From IMG/VR virus record IMGVR_UViG_3300029319_007564, positions 1-56,475 of that record: a stretch of DNA of 56,475 nucleotides; one strand, written 5' to 3'. Both the position numbers and the translations under genes were made by a program. The first letter of the stretch is position 1; each line of letters opens with the position of its first letter. Shown in pieces: positions 1 to 9,940 of this stretch. Under the pieces are notes generated by a model. The model did not search any database. It was given only the letters and a program-made list of their open reading frames with translations, and had not been told where the DNA came from. The DNA comes from a virus. Taxonomy: Duplodnaviria > Caudoviricetes.

Positions 1-1
1 A

Positions 2-3000
2 GACAACACGGGTTAAATGAGGGGTGCCGGCGCGCTCCATTTCGTGCGCATCACGACTAACTCCCAAAACCATATCACTATTTCTAACTCTTCTATATTC
101 TTTGAAATTTCCTTTTTTATCGTATTCTTTAATTTGAAGATCTATCATAAGGTTTGCGCCGGAACCTTCAGGATCGTCTTGGTATTCGCTGTCGTCTCGA
201 ATTGACTGCGGGACAACGTAATCAAACATGTTTGGTGTTATTGCATCTAATTCTGCTCCGTATATGAATGCTGGAGGTACCACATATCCTGGGTGCTTCA
301 CACCTGCTGATGTTTCATCTAGACGCTCAACTAAGCCTGCATCACGGGCAAGTATTGTATCCAAAAACTTTTTGTACACGCTATTCATGACTCTATTGTG
401 GAGTCCGTAACACTCAATAACTGACAAGCCTGTCAAATCTGAGAGGAGTCTTACCTGCGGCATTTCATTTTGTTCTGAAACAAAGCAATCATAAAATTGA
501 GGGAATCTGCTGGCGTCAATACCATTTAAGGTGTCGTCTACTCCCATAAATTCGTATTTCAAACTTTTCATTTGAGAGACAGTGCTAAGATCGTCACCTG
601 TTTTATCCTCTTCTCTTTCCATAATACCTGCAGCTGCTGCGCCGGCAGCGTCTGAATTAAAGTTTACCAAGTCGAATATTTCTAATCTAATATTGTCTGT
701 TGGAAGGTTAAAGGGAACCACTTCTGGTGGTGTTGTCGGTGCTTCTACGGTTTCTCCAGGTCGCGGAGGTGGTGGAGGCTTAGGTCTTGGGTTTACCAAG
801 TCTGAAAAATACATATTTATCTGACTACCCAACGTATAGCTTTGAATAGTGTCGCCGCGGTCTGTGGATGGGCGTGCACCATCTTCAGGATACAGTTTTG
901 ACTCAAGGGTTTCTCCTCCACTGTCAGTTCTAAGTCCATATCCATTATCTGCAAAATTTAGCCTCATATCTGGGTTGTGTTTTCTTGCATTTCTAATGAA
1001 TCTAACATATCCACCCCCAGACTTAGCTGGATCCATTTTTATTAAAGACGTTACATTATATCCCAAATCAGGCATCGAAAGAGGATCTGGATCTGGCCCG
1101 TAAGGTCCGTCAAAGCCCAGATCCTTAAACGATTTGATAATCAGCCTATCTCTCATACAGGTATTTGACGAAACAAATTTCGATCCACCAGCATTCTCAT
1201 GTCTGGGATCTGTTGCGTCCGTTGCGCCGGCACCAGCAACTTGGTTTCTAATATCCATTAGCTGGGTATATAAGTGCTCGGCAACATACAGCGGGTATGC
1301 GCCACGTTGATTCTGAATTGGTTCTACGCTGCGACCTTTCTCATGAGGGCTTCCAAAAATTTGTATTCCAAAAATTGAAAGTGGTTCTTGGTTTGCAGCA
1401 GGAGGCAACTCAGTCGTGTTGATATAATAATCAACATAATTGTCACTAGCAAAAACCTTCCTATGGTGAACGGACAACGGATTACCCATTGTATCTGACA
1501 TTACCATATTCAACAATCCCCAATTTGAGTTTCTATTCGGACTCCCCTGTCCGGTACCAAGCATATCGGTAGAATATGCAATCTTCAATTGTTCCCAGCT
1601 ACCTCCAAATCCATTTTTAGACAGTTCTGTTATTTCTGCCGGCTCAAACGGAAGAAGGCCATTGTCACATCCAGGATCGGAAACTAGTGGAGGCATCATG
1701 TCCTCCATATATTTTGGAATTCCGTCTTGCATCATTTGTGTCAAATCTTCTAAGTCGGATAAGAATCCGGGGTTATCTGGATCATTTCCTCTGAGTGCGT
1801 CAAACATTGTGTCGCATTGCTCTTTTGTGGCTCTTCCTTCAAGAAGACTACATCTTAACTCTTTGAACTGCTCTATTTGTCCTGGGGTCGCACAGAGTGT
1901 GGGGTTGGCTGGCATTTCATCATCAGGTGGTAGGCCTTCCAAAAAGTTTCTCATATCATCTTTAAACTCGGCCGGCATCAGGTTTCCGCAGTTACCTAAA
2001 AGAGAGCCAATTGCTCTTTTGTTAGGCAGACCTTCACGAAGTTCTGGATATTCAAAATCAATCAGTTGGTCGATGACGCTAAGAACTTGATCGCTTGGTT
2101 CTCCCAAGAAAGATTCCATCAATTCTGATCGTGTAGTTGACGATGATATATCTTCTGCAAATTGAATCAATCGATCTCTGTTACCCATCGCTGCAGCACC
2201 ATCTGGTGAGATTGATGTTGCTCCAAGGCTTTCCATCATATCTACAATTGTGTCATTGACTTGCTCGTCTGATGCATCGGGTCCGCAAATAGATTCTCGA
2301 ATGACACTAGCAAATGTCTCCTTGCCGCTAATAATATCAGGTAAGGATGCGGCCAGATTTCCAACAGTTGCTAACGCCTTACATATGATATCTGAGAACA
2401 ATTCACATAGCCTGATTAAAATCATCATAATGATTTTCATAATAAGTTGTTGAATTACCCACAATGCAATAAGCCATAACAGGTACAAGATATCTTTTAA
2501 GTTTGCTATTTCAGCAAATGGATTTTCAAATCTCGGGAATGTTAAGTCTGTCATGTTTCGACAGAAGGGTAAGGAAAGATCTTTGAGCCAGTCAAAAAGA
2601 CCTGGATTAAAAATTGGCGGCATTGGACAATCTAGTGTCGCAAATATTTTAGCTACAAATTGTGCTCCTGGAAACTTATTAAGTTCATCTAGTAATCCCA
2701 TTAAATCTTGAGAATAAACTTCAATCAGTGCCTTAATATAGGCTTCCATTATGTTATCATCACTTAGAGTATTATCTGCATCTTGTGCTATAGAACCAAA
2801 CTGCTGAGCCAAAGTTCTTTCGTTTCTTTGCCCCGTAATCGCATTTTCGTTTTTTGGAACACCCGGTACCTCAGCATCACCACCTCCAGTACGTCGGTTT
2901 TCTCTTTCTGCTTCAATTACCTCTTCTTTTTCCCAAGGTTTTGTCCAAACCACCTGACCTCTGTTTTGTGCGTCGTTTCTTGAGCCGGTACCGCCGCCTT

Positions 3001-4747
3001 CGATTGCATCACTGAGCTTTTGAAGATCTGAACCTTCTGCAAATATATCTCCGCTGTTTAGTTTCCTTTGGACTAAAGCATCAAGCTCGGCTTGTTTTTC
3101 CGGAGGCAATCCTACAAATAAGGCGCCAAAGTTCTCAACCCCCATAGCATTTAATGCAGATCTGATCATTCCAGCCAACGCCTCTTCAAGAGTAAGGCCG
3201 TTCAAAAGACACTTAAGCATGTCCAAAATCAAATCGAATAATCCACAAATTTTTATTTCATCAAACCCGTGATACCAAACATCATCTAAGCTTCCCACAG
3301 GGCTTCCACCAACACCGATTGATGAACCAATAAAATTAGCACACATTCTAACAAACACGTCATCACTAGCTATGAGTTCTTTGTAAGCCTGCTCTGCCCC
3401 CATTGAGGCAACATCGCCAAAGTTTCCATTTTCTCCGATTGTGTCTGCCCAATCTTCTAATACTTCAGATAAGTTTTCTCTACAAAGGTTCTTGTGAAAT
3501 TGGTATGCGATAGCATCACCAATACTAAAGGCTTCATCTAATATATCTTGGCCGAGTTGTTTTGCCTCGCTCATTAGACTGTCGCCTACACAACTAAGGG
3601 CTGTTTTCTTTTTCTTAGACTTTTTAGATGGATTTTCTGGATCTTCATCTTCGTCTATTGTTGAGTCGGTTGAGTAAATTTTTGGATAAGTGTGTTCTTC
3701 TAGAAACTGGAGCCATGGCTTTGGCACTCGCGCAAGTAGATCTCTTTCCATCTCGAACAATTTAATAAGATAGTTACAAGCCGTTGGATCTTTCCAGGCA
3801 GATCTTCTGTTTAATGATTTTAGTTTTTTGCGACCCCACGTCTTTGGTTTATTGGGGCACCCAGCAGTCCAAGCACGAAGCTTCTTTAATTTCCTTTTAC
3901 CTGTAAAAGTAAACTCTAATTTAGTAACTTTTTTTGCATAATATCCCGACACTCCTGCGCCTGGAATATTGTAGCCTTTTTGATTTAAAAATGAATCTAG
4001 TTGTATCAGCAGATCTGCCATTTCGCAATCTGCAAAAAACCCTATGTCTCCGTAATTTCCTAAATTGAATATTGCGCCGGTATCTTCGTACCATATATTT
4101 CCGCCTTCAATGGCTCGATAAACTTTTAAATATCTATTATATAATCCTAAACCTTTTCTGATTCTTATCAACTTAATCGCCATATCAGCCGCATTATATT
4201 TTACAGTAATGTCGTCTAATTCTGGTTCTGGTTCTTCATCTGGCTCTTCGTCTTCATCAAGGTTATTTAACATTGTGAATGATACAGAATAAAGTAGTTT
4301 TACTCTTGATTTTGGTCGAGGATCTAAGTCAAATGCAGTGAACTCCAAAGCACCTCTTAAAGTTTCTTTATTTGAAGTTGACATAGATTTGTCATATTCA
4401 TTAAGGAGACTTTCTACTGCTTCATCCGCATACATTTCAAATTTCTTTTTTAATTGAGTATCTTGTATGTCGGCTGGAACGTCTTGGCCGGTGTTTTCAT
4501 AGGCTCTTATAGTAGAAGAATCTATAATTTCTGTGAATGGGGTTACCTTTGTTACCTGAAATTTGCAACTTTTCTCATTAAGAAATGGCTCAGTAATGTC
4601 TCTTTTTTTCCATTTTGGAACCAGTGCCTTTGGATTTGGTTTGCAATCGGGACAAACATTCTGCTCTAATACAATGTCGACTGGACAATCATCATTTATG
4701 CCATCATTGTTTCTATCTTGGTACGGTAAGAATGTAGATACTGCCAT
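2..4747 (-). CDS. Very large (>1580 aa, 3' end outside window) probable virion structural protein
   Basis: Not in the ORF track. Open frame read by hand from ATG 4747 (MAVSTFLPYQDRNNDGINDDC..., GAGG upstream) to the window edge. Hydrophobic stretch ILYLLWLIALWVIQQLIMKIIMMILIRL and a Pro-rich linker. Function inferred from position next to baseplate-like genes. Confidence 0.75.
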   Translation of the reverse strand, partial: MAVSTFLPYQDRNNDGINDDCPVDIVLEQNVCPDCKPNPKALVPKWKKRDITEPFLNEKSCKFQVTKVTPFTEIIDSSTIRAYENTGQDVPADIQDTQLKKKFEMYADEAVESLLNEYDKSMSTSNKETLRGALEFTAFDLDPRPKSRVKLLYSVSFTMLNNLDEDEEPDEEPEPELDDITVKYNAADMAIKLIRIRKGLGLYNRYLKVYRAIEGGNIWYEDTGAIFNLGNYGDIGFFADCEMADLLIQLDSFLNQKGYNIPGAGVSGYYAKKVTKLEFTFTGKRKLKKLRAWTAGCPNKPKTWGRKKLKSLNRRSAWKDPTACNYLIKLFEMERDLLARVPKPWLQFLEEHTYPKIYSTDSTIDEDEDPENPSKKSKKKKTALSCVGDSLMSEAKQLGQDILDEAFSIGDAIAYQFHKNLCRENLSEVLEDWADTIGENGNFGDVASMGAEQAYKELIASDDVFVRMCANFIGSSIGVGGSPVGSLDDVWYHGFDEIKICGLFDLILDMLKCLLNGLTLEEALAGMIRSALNAMGVENFGALFVGLPPEKQAELDALVQRKLNSGDIFAEGSDLQKLSDAIEGGGTGSRNDAQNRGQVVWTKPWEKEEVIEAERENRRTGGGDAEVPGVPKNENAITGQRNERTLAQQFGSIAQDADNTLSDDNIMEAYIKALIEVYSQDLMGLLDELNKFPGAQFVAKIFATLDCPMPPIFNPGLFDWLKDLSLPFCRNMTDLTFPRFENPFAEIANLKDILYLLWLIALWVIQQLIMKIIMMILIRLCELFSDIICKALATVGNLAASLPDIISGKETFASVIRESICGPDASDEQVNDTIVDMMESLGATSISPDGAAAMGNRDRLIQFAEDISSSTTRSELMESFLGEPSDQVLSVIDQLIDFEYPELREGLPNKRAIGSLLGNCGNLMPAEFKDDMRNFLEGLPPDDEMPANPTLCATPGQIEQFKELRCSLLEGRATKEQCDTMFDALRGNDPDNPGFLSDLEDLTQMMQDGIPKYMEDMMPPLVSDPGCDNGLLPFEPAEITELSKNGFGGSWEQLKIAYSTDMLGTGQGSPNRNSNWGLLNMVMSDTMGNPLSVHHRKVFASDNYVDYYINTTELPPAANQEPLSIFGIQIFGSPHEKGRSVEPIQNQRGAYPLYVAEHLYTQLMDIRNQVAGAGATDATDPRHENAGGSKFVSSNTCMRDRLIIKSFKDLGFDGPYGPDPDPLSMPDLGYNVTSLIKMDPAKSGGGYVRFIRNARKHNPDMRLNFADNGYGLRTDSGGETLESKLYPEDGARPSTDRGDTIQSYTLGSQINMYFSDLVNPRPKPPPPPRPGETVEAPTTPPEVVPFNLPTDNIRLEIFDLVNFNSDAAGAAAAGIMEREEDKTGDDLSTVSQMKSLKYEFMGVDDTLNGIDASRFPQFYDCFVSEQNEMPQVRLLSDLTGLSVIECYGLHNRVMNSVYKKFLDTILARDAGLVERLDETSAGVKHPGYVVPPAFIYGAELDAITPNMFDYVVPQSIRDDSEYQDDPEGSGANLMIDLQIKEYDKKGNFKEYRRVRNSDMVLGVSRDAHEMERAGTPHLTRVV

Positions 4748-4765
4748 ATTAAACCTCTTAAATAA

Positions 4766-5806
4766 TTACGTTGTTCTAACGTTTCTGCTGCAAATATATT
4801 TGTAGCCAAACGGCTGTAAGTAGTTGACTTCCCACTCTAATTTTTGAGTTCTCATACTGTAAAGAGGCTCCGCAACCCAAGGTATAATCATAGCTGCTGC
4901 AAACGAGGCAGCTATACCATGTTGAGCTGTGTCGAATGGATAACTGGTGATTCCAACAATTGAATTATATATGCCTTGTATGAACATAAAATTAAAGACC
5001 GCTGCCCATAATTTGTCTACTAAGAAACTAAGCTCTCTAAATGCATCTCTAGTCTGAAATCCCAAAGTAACTGGCTGCATATAAGGGATATACTCAAATC
5101 CAGGCTTCCTAAAGCCACCCCAAACTTTTCTTGTACCAGTGTTGTTTCCAGCTAAAAGCTCAATACCTGGAGAGGGGCGGACAATCTTGCCGCCTAAAGA
5201 ATTTTGTTCACCTTTCATAAAACCATATTTGCAACCATCACATTTACCGGTAACAATCTTTACGCCTTCGCGACCAATAATTCTAACACCATCTGCCTTT
5301 ATTCCGATACCAGAGCGTGCAATCGCACTACCAATTTTGCCAGATGCTAAACCGAAATTTCTGTCTATATCGGTCAATTGGCTAATATATACTCTTGCAG
5401 CATCACAGCCAAACATATTGTCGACGTGAGTTCCGTCTTTTGGCCCTTTTCCATTTCGTGCACATGACATTCGGCCGACGACCAAGTCAATTGTGTTTGC
5501 TCTATTGGCGCCTTTGCCGCCATATCCAGACTTTAAAGAGTCCGGACGATCAGAACCTAATATGATGAATGCATTATGTTTGCCATTTCTTAAACCTTGG
5601 GAGTCAAGAAGCGAAGCGCCCGGGGCCATTTTAAATTCCAATAAGGGCTCGGGAACGTCAGAGTTATAAAGTCCGCTTTGGAATGGCATTTGATTTGGCC
5701 AGTCTTTATCAGCAACTCCTTCAAAATTTTTAGCCGCGTTATCTATAAATTCTCGACGACTCTTGTTAATAAACTTATCATCAATAAGTTTTGTCTTTTT
5801 TCTCAT
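4766..5806 (-). CDS. Putative baseplate hub/spike-associated protein (gp5-like region)
   Basis: 346-aa ORF with Gly/beta-strand-rich segment DAARVYISQLTDID...GIGIKADGVRIIGREGVKI, reminiscent of phage baseplate hub proteins; adjacent to a peptidoglycan hydrolase. Confidence 0.45.
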   Translation of the reverse strand: MRKKTKLIDDKFINKSRREFIDNAAKNFEGVADKDWPNQMPFQSGLYNSDVPEPLLEFKMAPGASLLDSQGLRNGKHNAFIILGSDRPDSLKSGYGGKGANRANTIDLVVGRMSCARNGKGPKDGTHVDNMFGCDAARVYISQLTDIDRNFGLASGKIGSAIARSGIGIKADGVRIIGREGVKIVTGKCDGCKYGFMKGEQNSLGGKIVRPSPGIELLAGNNTGTRKVWGGFRKPGFEYIPYMQPVTLGFQTRDAFRELSFLVDKLWAAVFNFMFIQGIYNSIVGITSYPFDTAQHGIAASFAAAMIIPWVAEPLYSMRTQKLEWEVNYLQPFGYKYICSRNVRTT

Positions 5807-5815
5807 AAATCCTTC

Positions 5816-7093
5816 TTATGTTACAGGTATTTCTTTCCATTGGCCCTTGGCCTTATTGATCCAAACAAAATTTCTTCCTTCAACCCATTCTCCTCCTCCT
5901 ACTGGTCCTGGGCCATCAGTGTCTGTCCTTGTGGTGCCGACTGGGTATTCATCAGGAGTTGCGGCTGCAGCCGTCGCAGATGTAGGTCTGGGGCGTAGAC
6001 CTGCTTTCTTTCTTGCCGTGATAAGTGAGTTAACATTCCTATGTTCCATATGCCAAGCCTCCGGGTTTGAACCGCCGGGTTTTGCCCAATTAGGGTGAAC
6101 CCAGTTATACTTATGCGCGTTAGAACTCATCCAATTATAAAACCTCCCGTTGAAGCCGCCCTTTGTATCATAATCAAATGCAAGTCCCCAACCGTGTTGT
6201 GACTGTCCTGGTGTTGATGCTTTTCTACCTTTTCTGCATTTCAACTCTACTTGGCAATGTTTACCACCGCTATAGCATCTAAAGCCTCCGGTGGGCCTAA
6301 GAGGTTCCCCCATTTCTGCGTGAAATGCCGCGGCCAATCTATTAAAATCGTCAACAACATCGGCCAGAAGTTTAATTGGAGCTGTGCTGTGTTCTGTTGA
6401 GACTTTTCGTAGTATAGAGTCTGGGTAATTTCCATTTTCTACAATCATTCCTGCGCCTTGACCATAGGCGCCCTGATAAATCGCCGTCATCGGTCCAGGG
6501 TCTAAGGCTGGCTGTGGACCAGAGCCCGGGCAAGAGGGCCCGCCGGCATGGCCAATACCCCCATTAGCTGTGATTTGTTGTATATCTGGACAGGCGCCAC
6601 CGGGTGTATAATCTGATGGTGTTATAGAAGCGTTGGGAGTTATTGCTATCACAGTGCCGTGGCCATTAGGAACCTCTTCTCCACCAATCAACCTAACAGG
6701 CACTTGTGCAGTTACATACCCAAACTTTTTTGGCCTCAGACCTTCTTCTGTTACAAACAGTATATGACCGCCAACCAGTTGATTGTTCAGTTTTGTGTTC
6801 GTAGCGTAGGTTGGGTTACAAGGATCTGCAGGCTGTACTGGTGCGCGTCGATCTCTTATTCTACCAAAAAATTGATATTTTCCTATGGCACTCGAACCCT
6901 CAGCCGGGTTTGGTATTCTTCCTTCCATTGCCGCGGCAGCTCTTGCGTCTAGTGGAATAGGATCTGTCAGCACCTGTACAAGCTTGTAGGTTGCAACTCG
7001 ATCTTGAAGATGGTTGCTTTTCATCGAATCACCAAAGGCCTTAGCCATGATGTCCATTCCAGTCAAATCATCAAAATCAATACCGTAAGACAT
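5816..7093 (-). CDS. Protein with C-terminal M15 (VanY-like) Zn peptidoglycan peptidase domain; likely virion-associated lysin
   Basis: Motifs GGFR, PGQSQHGWGLAFD (SxHxxGxAxD) and EAWH. Confidence 0.85.
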   Translation of the reverse strand: MSYGIDFDDLTGMDIMAKAFGDSMKSNHLQDRVATYKLVQVLTDPIPLDARAAAAMEGRIPNPAEGSSAIGKYQFFGRIRDRRAPVQPADPCNPTYATNTKLNNQLVGGHILFVTEEGLRPKKFGYVTAQVPVRLIGGEEVPNGHGTVIAITPNASITPSDYTPGGACPDIQQITANGGIGHAGGPSCPGSGPQPALDPGPMTAIYQGAYGQGAGMIVENGNYPDSILRKVSTEHSTAPIKLLADVVDDFNRLAAAFHAEMGEPLRPTGGFRCYSGGKHCQVELKCRKGRKASTPGQSQHGWGLAFDYDTKGGFNGRFYNWMSSNAHKYNWVHPNWAKPGGSNPEAWHMEHRNVNSLITARKKAGLRPRPTSATAAAATPDEYPVGTTRTDTDGPGPVGGGEWVEGRNFVWINKAKGQWKEIPVT

Positions 7094-7094
7094 T

Positions 7095-7391
7095 TTAGTT
7101 ACTTTCTCCTTGTATTAAATCGAATAAGTTATTCTTATCGTCTTCCGAAAGCTCTACTGAGTTTTTTGCATTTTTGTGTCTAAGGCTAATCAGCTTAACA
7201 AGTTGCTCATTAGAGCGTTGCATTGTTTCTATATGTTTTGCAGCCACAGGGCTGAGGTATTTGTTTTGGTCTGCATCGTTTGCAATTTGATTTGCGATTT
7301 CGTTTAAAAATTCGCGTGCGGCCTTTCGGTCGCTTCTTATATTAATTAACGCCTCATCCATCAATGAATCTAAATCTTTGTTATTGCTCAT
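7095..7391 (-). CDS. Hypothetical helical protein
   Basis: 98-aa ORF coupled to both neighbours. Confidence 0.7.
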   Translation of the reverse strand: MSNNKDLDSLMDEALINIRSDRKAAREFLNEIANQIANDADQNKYLSPVAAKHIETMQRSNEQLVKLISLRHKNAKNSVELSEDDKNNLFDLIQGESN

Positions 7392-8089
7392 AAACCACCC
7401 TTTTCCCAGTCATGTTTAAAATTGTAATATTTCTTTCTAAATTTTTTTAGAGAATTTACAATTTGTTTTGTGTTAAGACCGGTTATCTCTCGAAGATATA
7501 GATAAATAGCTTTTTTGTTAAAAATTTCTATGTCTTCTTTTGATTCAAATAGAATATTTATAGCCTTGTATACTTTTAAATCATTGTCCTTCATAGTTGA
7601 TGAATCCCACGACTTTAATTCTTTATAAAATGAATCCCAGAATTCTTTTTCTTCTCTCTCGGTAATATACGACTCATCGGTGGATAAATATTTTTCTTCG
7701 TAATTTTTAGATAAGTTGTCGTAATCAATTTCTCTTTGATTTCTTTTTTGTTGTCTTTTGACTTTGTGTATAAACCAATTTTTTGTTATAACACTAAAAT
7801 ACGAAAAGGCCTTGGAGCCTTTTGCTGGGTCATACTTATCAACAACTGTCATTAGCCAGACTTTACATTCATCTCTCAGGTAATCGATGTTTGGCAAATT
7901 AGTAAACTTATATGTAAAAACAATTTTATCCACCATTTCATTAAATGCTGGTTCAATCCAACGTACATATAATTCTGTTCTTTCTCTAATACAGCTACTT
8001 TTGGTGTATTGAATTATCGCGTTTTCGTGATCTTTTGTAAAGTAATGATTCTTCTTACGTCTCTTCTTCGGCGGATTCTTCTGCGTCAT
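7388..8089 (-). CDS. Phage RNA polymerase sigma factor (sigma70 region 2-like; probable late sigma)
   Basis: KYDPAKGSKAFSYFSVITKNW resembles sigma region 2.2-2.4; C-terminal HTH-like YLREITGLNTKQIVNSL. Confidence 0.75.
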   Translation of the reverse strand: MTQKNPPKKRRKKNHYFTKDHENAIIQYTKSSCIRERTELYVRWIEPAFNEMVDKIVFTYKFTNLPNIDYLRDECKVWLMTVVDKYDPAKGSKAFSYFSVITKNWFIHKVKRQQKRNQREIDYDNLSKNYEEKYLSTDESYITEREEKEFWDSFYKELKSWDSSTMKDNDLKVYKAINILFESKEDIEIFNKKAIYLYLREITGLNTKQIVNSLKKFRKKYYNFKHDWEKGGL

Positions 8090-8399
8090 CCTGCGGTGCT
8101 CCTTCTTCAGTTTCTGGAGCCGTTAAAGAATAAATGTATTCAAAAGTTTCTAATTGTTCATTAAAAGATATAGCGTGATTTAGTAACGACCTAAGCGTTT
8201 CGTCACCATAAAAAGAATCCAATTGGTACACTGCCTGTAAATGCGAGGCAAATGCATTAACCATGTCTTGTAAATCTCCGAGTTCTTCAGAAATAGATAA
8301 CAACCTAACAACAACGCCTCTAGAGTAGAGCACTAATCCTATATTTAAAAGTATAGAAATTGTGGTTATTGCCGACAAAGCTATTTCAAGTCGGCTCAT
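8055..8399 (-). CDS. Hypothetical membrane-anchored protein
   Basis: N-terminal TM helix, helical body, acidic tail. Confidence 0.65.
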   Translation of the reverse strand: MSRLEIALSAITTISILLNIGLVLYSRGVVVRLLSISEELGDLQDMVNAFASHLQAVYQLDSFYGDETLRSLLNHAISFNEQLETFEYIYSLTAPETEEGAPQDDAEESAEEET

Positions 8400-8658
8400 G
8401 TTTTTTATTCCTTAGTTCTTCTTTTTCTTTTTTTAACAACTCTCTGTTTTCCTCAATATATTTTTTCGTTATCTCTCCAACTTTAGACTCTTGATTATTG
8501 TTTGTTTTTCCTACTTTAAAAATATGAACATTGGCTAATACTTTTTCCATAGAGCCTGTAGTTTCACATTCTTCGCAATCGGTATAAACCTCTTCTAGTG
8601 TATGAAAAACATTTACAGTATTTCCGCAAGCCTTGCAGTTGTATTTGTAACGTGGCAT
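8386..8658 (-). CDS. FmdB-like zinc-ribbon protein
   Basis: MPRYKYNCKACG...CEEC signature. Confidence 0.85.
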   Translation of the reverse strand: MPRYKYNCKACGNTVNVFHTLEEVYTDCEECETTGSMEKVLANVHIFKVGKTNNNQESKVGEITKKYIEENRELLKKEKEELRNKKHEPT

Positions 8659-8885
8659 TATTTTACCATATTTTCTAAATCTTCATTAGTAATTGCTTGA
8701 TCGTTAGTAACACGAACAGTTGGCGGATTTGTTACAACCAAACCATCTTCTGTCTCTAAAAGTTCAAATCCTTTTAGAATGGGTACAATATCAAGTTCAT
8801 TCAATAAAGACTCTTGAAGCGCCATCATTATTGCACCAAGTGCTTGATTCGATAGTTTGTGTGCTTCAGTTTCATTTTGTTCCAT
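8658..8885 (-). CDS. Hypothetical protein
   Basis: 75-aa coupled ORF with GGAG RBS. Confidence 0.7.
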   Translation of the reverse strand: MEQNETEAHKLSNQALGAIMMALQESLLNELDIVPILKGFELLETEDGLVVTNPPTVRVTNDQAITNEDLENMVK

Positions 8886-8887
8886 CT

Positions 8888-9247
8888 TTAATCTCCTTTT
8901 TCTAATCTATAGCTATCGCTATCAAAATGTTGTGTTGAAAATTCAAAAAGCTCCGTGTCTTCGAGCGCAATCATTCTATGCCGCAATCCTCGATAAACGT
9001 GAAAATTGTCACCTCTACCAAGAATCACTTCTTTTGCAGTTTCTAAATCATCATTATCAGAATATTTTACCAGAATTTTTCCTGATTGTATATAAAACAC
9101 TTCGTCCTTTAGCTTGTGGTAGTGCCAAGAGCACTTCTTGCCCTTAACAAAATACAGTAACTTGCCACAATATTCTTCATTGTTGACAATCCATTTTTCA
9201 AAGCCCCAGCCTTTAGGTACGAAATTCATTTCTAAAGAAGTCTTCAT
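8888..9247 (-). CDS. Cupin protein (sugar isomerase-like)
   Basis: KGWGFE...CSWHYHKLKDEVFY...HRM cupin metal ligands. Confidence 0.8.
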   Translation of the reverse strand: MKTSLEMNFVPKGWGFEKWIVNNEEYCGKLLYFVKGKKCSWHYHKLKDEVFYIQSGKILVKYSDNDDLETAKEVILGRGDNFHVYRGLRHRMIALEDTELFEFSTQHFDSDSYRLEKGD

Positions 9248-9548
9248 CTCTTATTCCTTTGTCATCGACATAAATATCACCAGCAGGTTTTCCTAAAAAT
9301 AGCATATGATATTTAACCCCCCAGCTTTTAAGTTGTTCTGCAGTTAGCGCATAGAATCCTTCAATTGCTTTTTGTGGGTTATTATCATGTCTTCCCATTC
9401 CACGTGCTGTTTGCATAATAATAGTGTTTCCTTGTTCGTACAATTGATTCACTATGTCTATTCTCTCTTTAATCGGTTTAGAGGTTTCATAATCATAGCC
9501 CTCTATCTTTGTACAAAGCGTACCATCAATATCAAAAACGTAAGTCAT
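9213..9548 (-). CDS. Small HAD phosphatase (capsule-biosynthesis type)
   Basis: FDIDGTL, TARG, GKP..DIYVDDK. Confidence 0.85.
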   Translation of the reverse strand: MTYVFDIDGTLCTKIEGYDYETSKPIKERIDIVNQLYEQGNTIIMQTARGMGRHDNNPQKAIEGFYALTAEQLKSWGVKYHMLFLGKPAGDIYVDDKGIRDEDFFRNEFRT

Positions 9549-9940
9549 CTTTTAGACTCCAATATGTTTGTTGTTGAGTAGTTATCAATTCTATCAAAAA
9601 ACTTTAATTCTCCACAAAACTTCTCACCAATCACCGGCTTACCTTTCCAATCTGAACCAATCACCATAAAATGAGGTGATACGCTACGGATGATAGTTTC
9701 AAGCTGCTCAGGAGAATCAAACTTTACAACCTCATCTACCGGCTTTAAAGCTTTCAATAAAAACTTTCGGTCCTCATAGGTGTTGTATGGTCTCTTTGGT
9801 CCTTTGTCTTTGGCAACTTTATCATCGGAATCTATGCCAACAATAAGATAGTCACCCAAAGATTTAGCATACTGAAGCATCTCTACGTGTCCGCGGTGGA
9901 GAACATCAAAGCAGCCATTTGTCCATACTACTTGTGTCAT
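9545..9940 (-). CDS. HldE/RfaE domain II-like sugar-phosphate nucleotidyltransferase (HldC-like)
   Basis: WTNGCFDVLHRGH, KGPKRP, YSTTNI. Confidence 0.85.
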   Translation of the reverse strand: MTQVVWTNGCFDVLHRGHVEMLQYAKSLGDYLIVGIDSDDKVAKDKGPKRPYNTYEDRKFLLKALKPVDEVVKFDSPEQLETIIRSVSPHFMVIGSDWKGKPVIGEKFCGELKFFDRIDNYSTTNILESKR

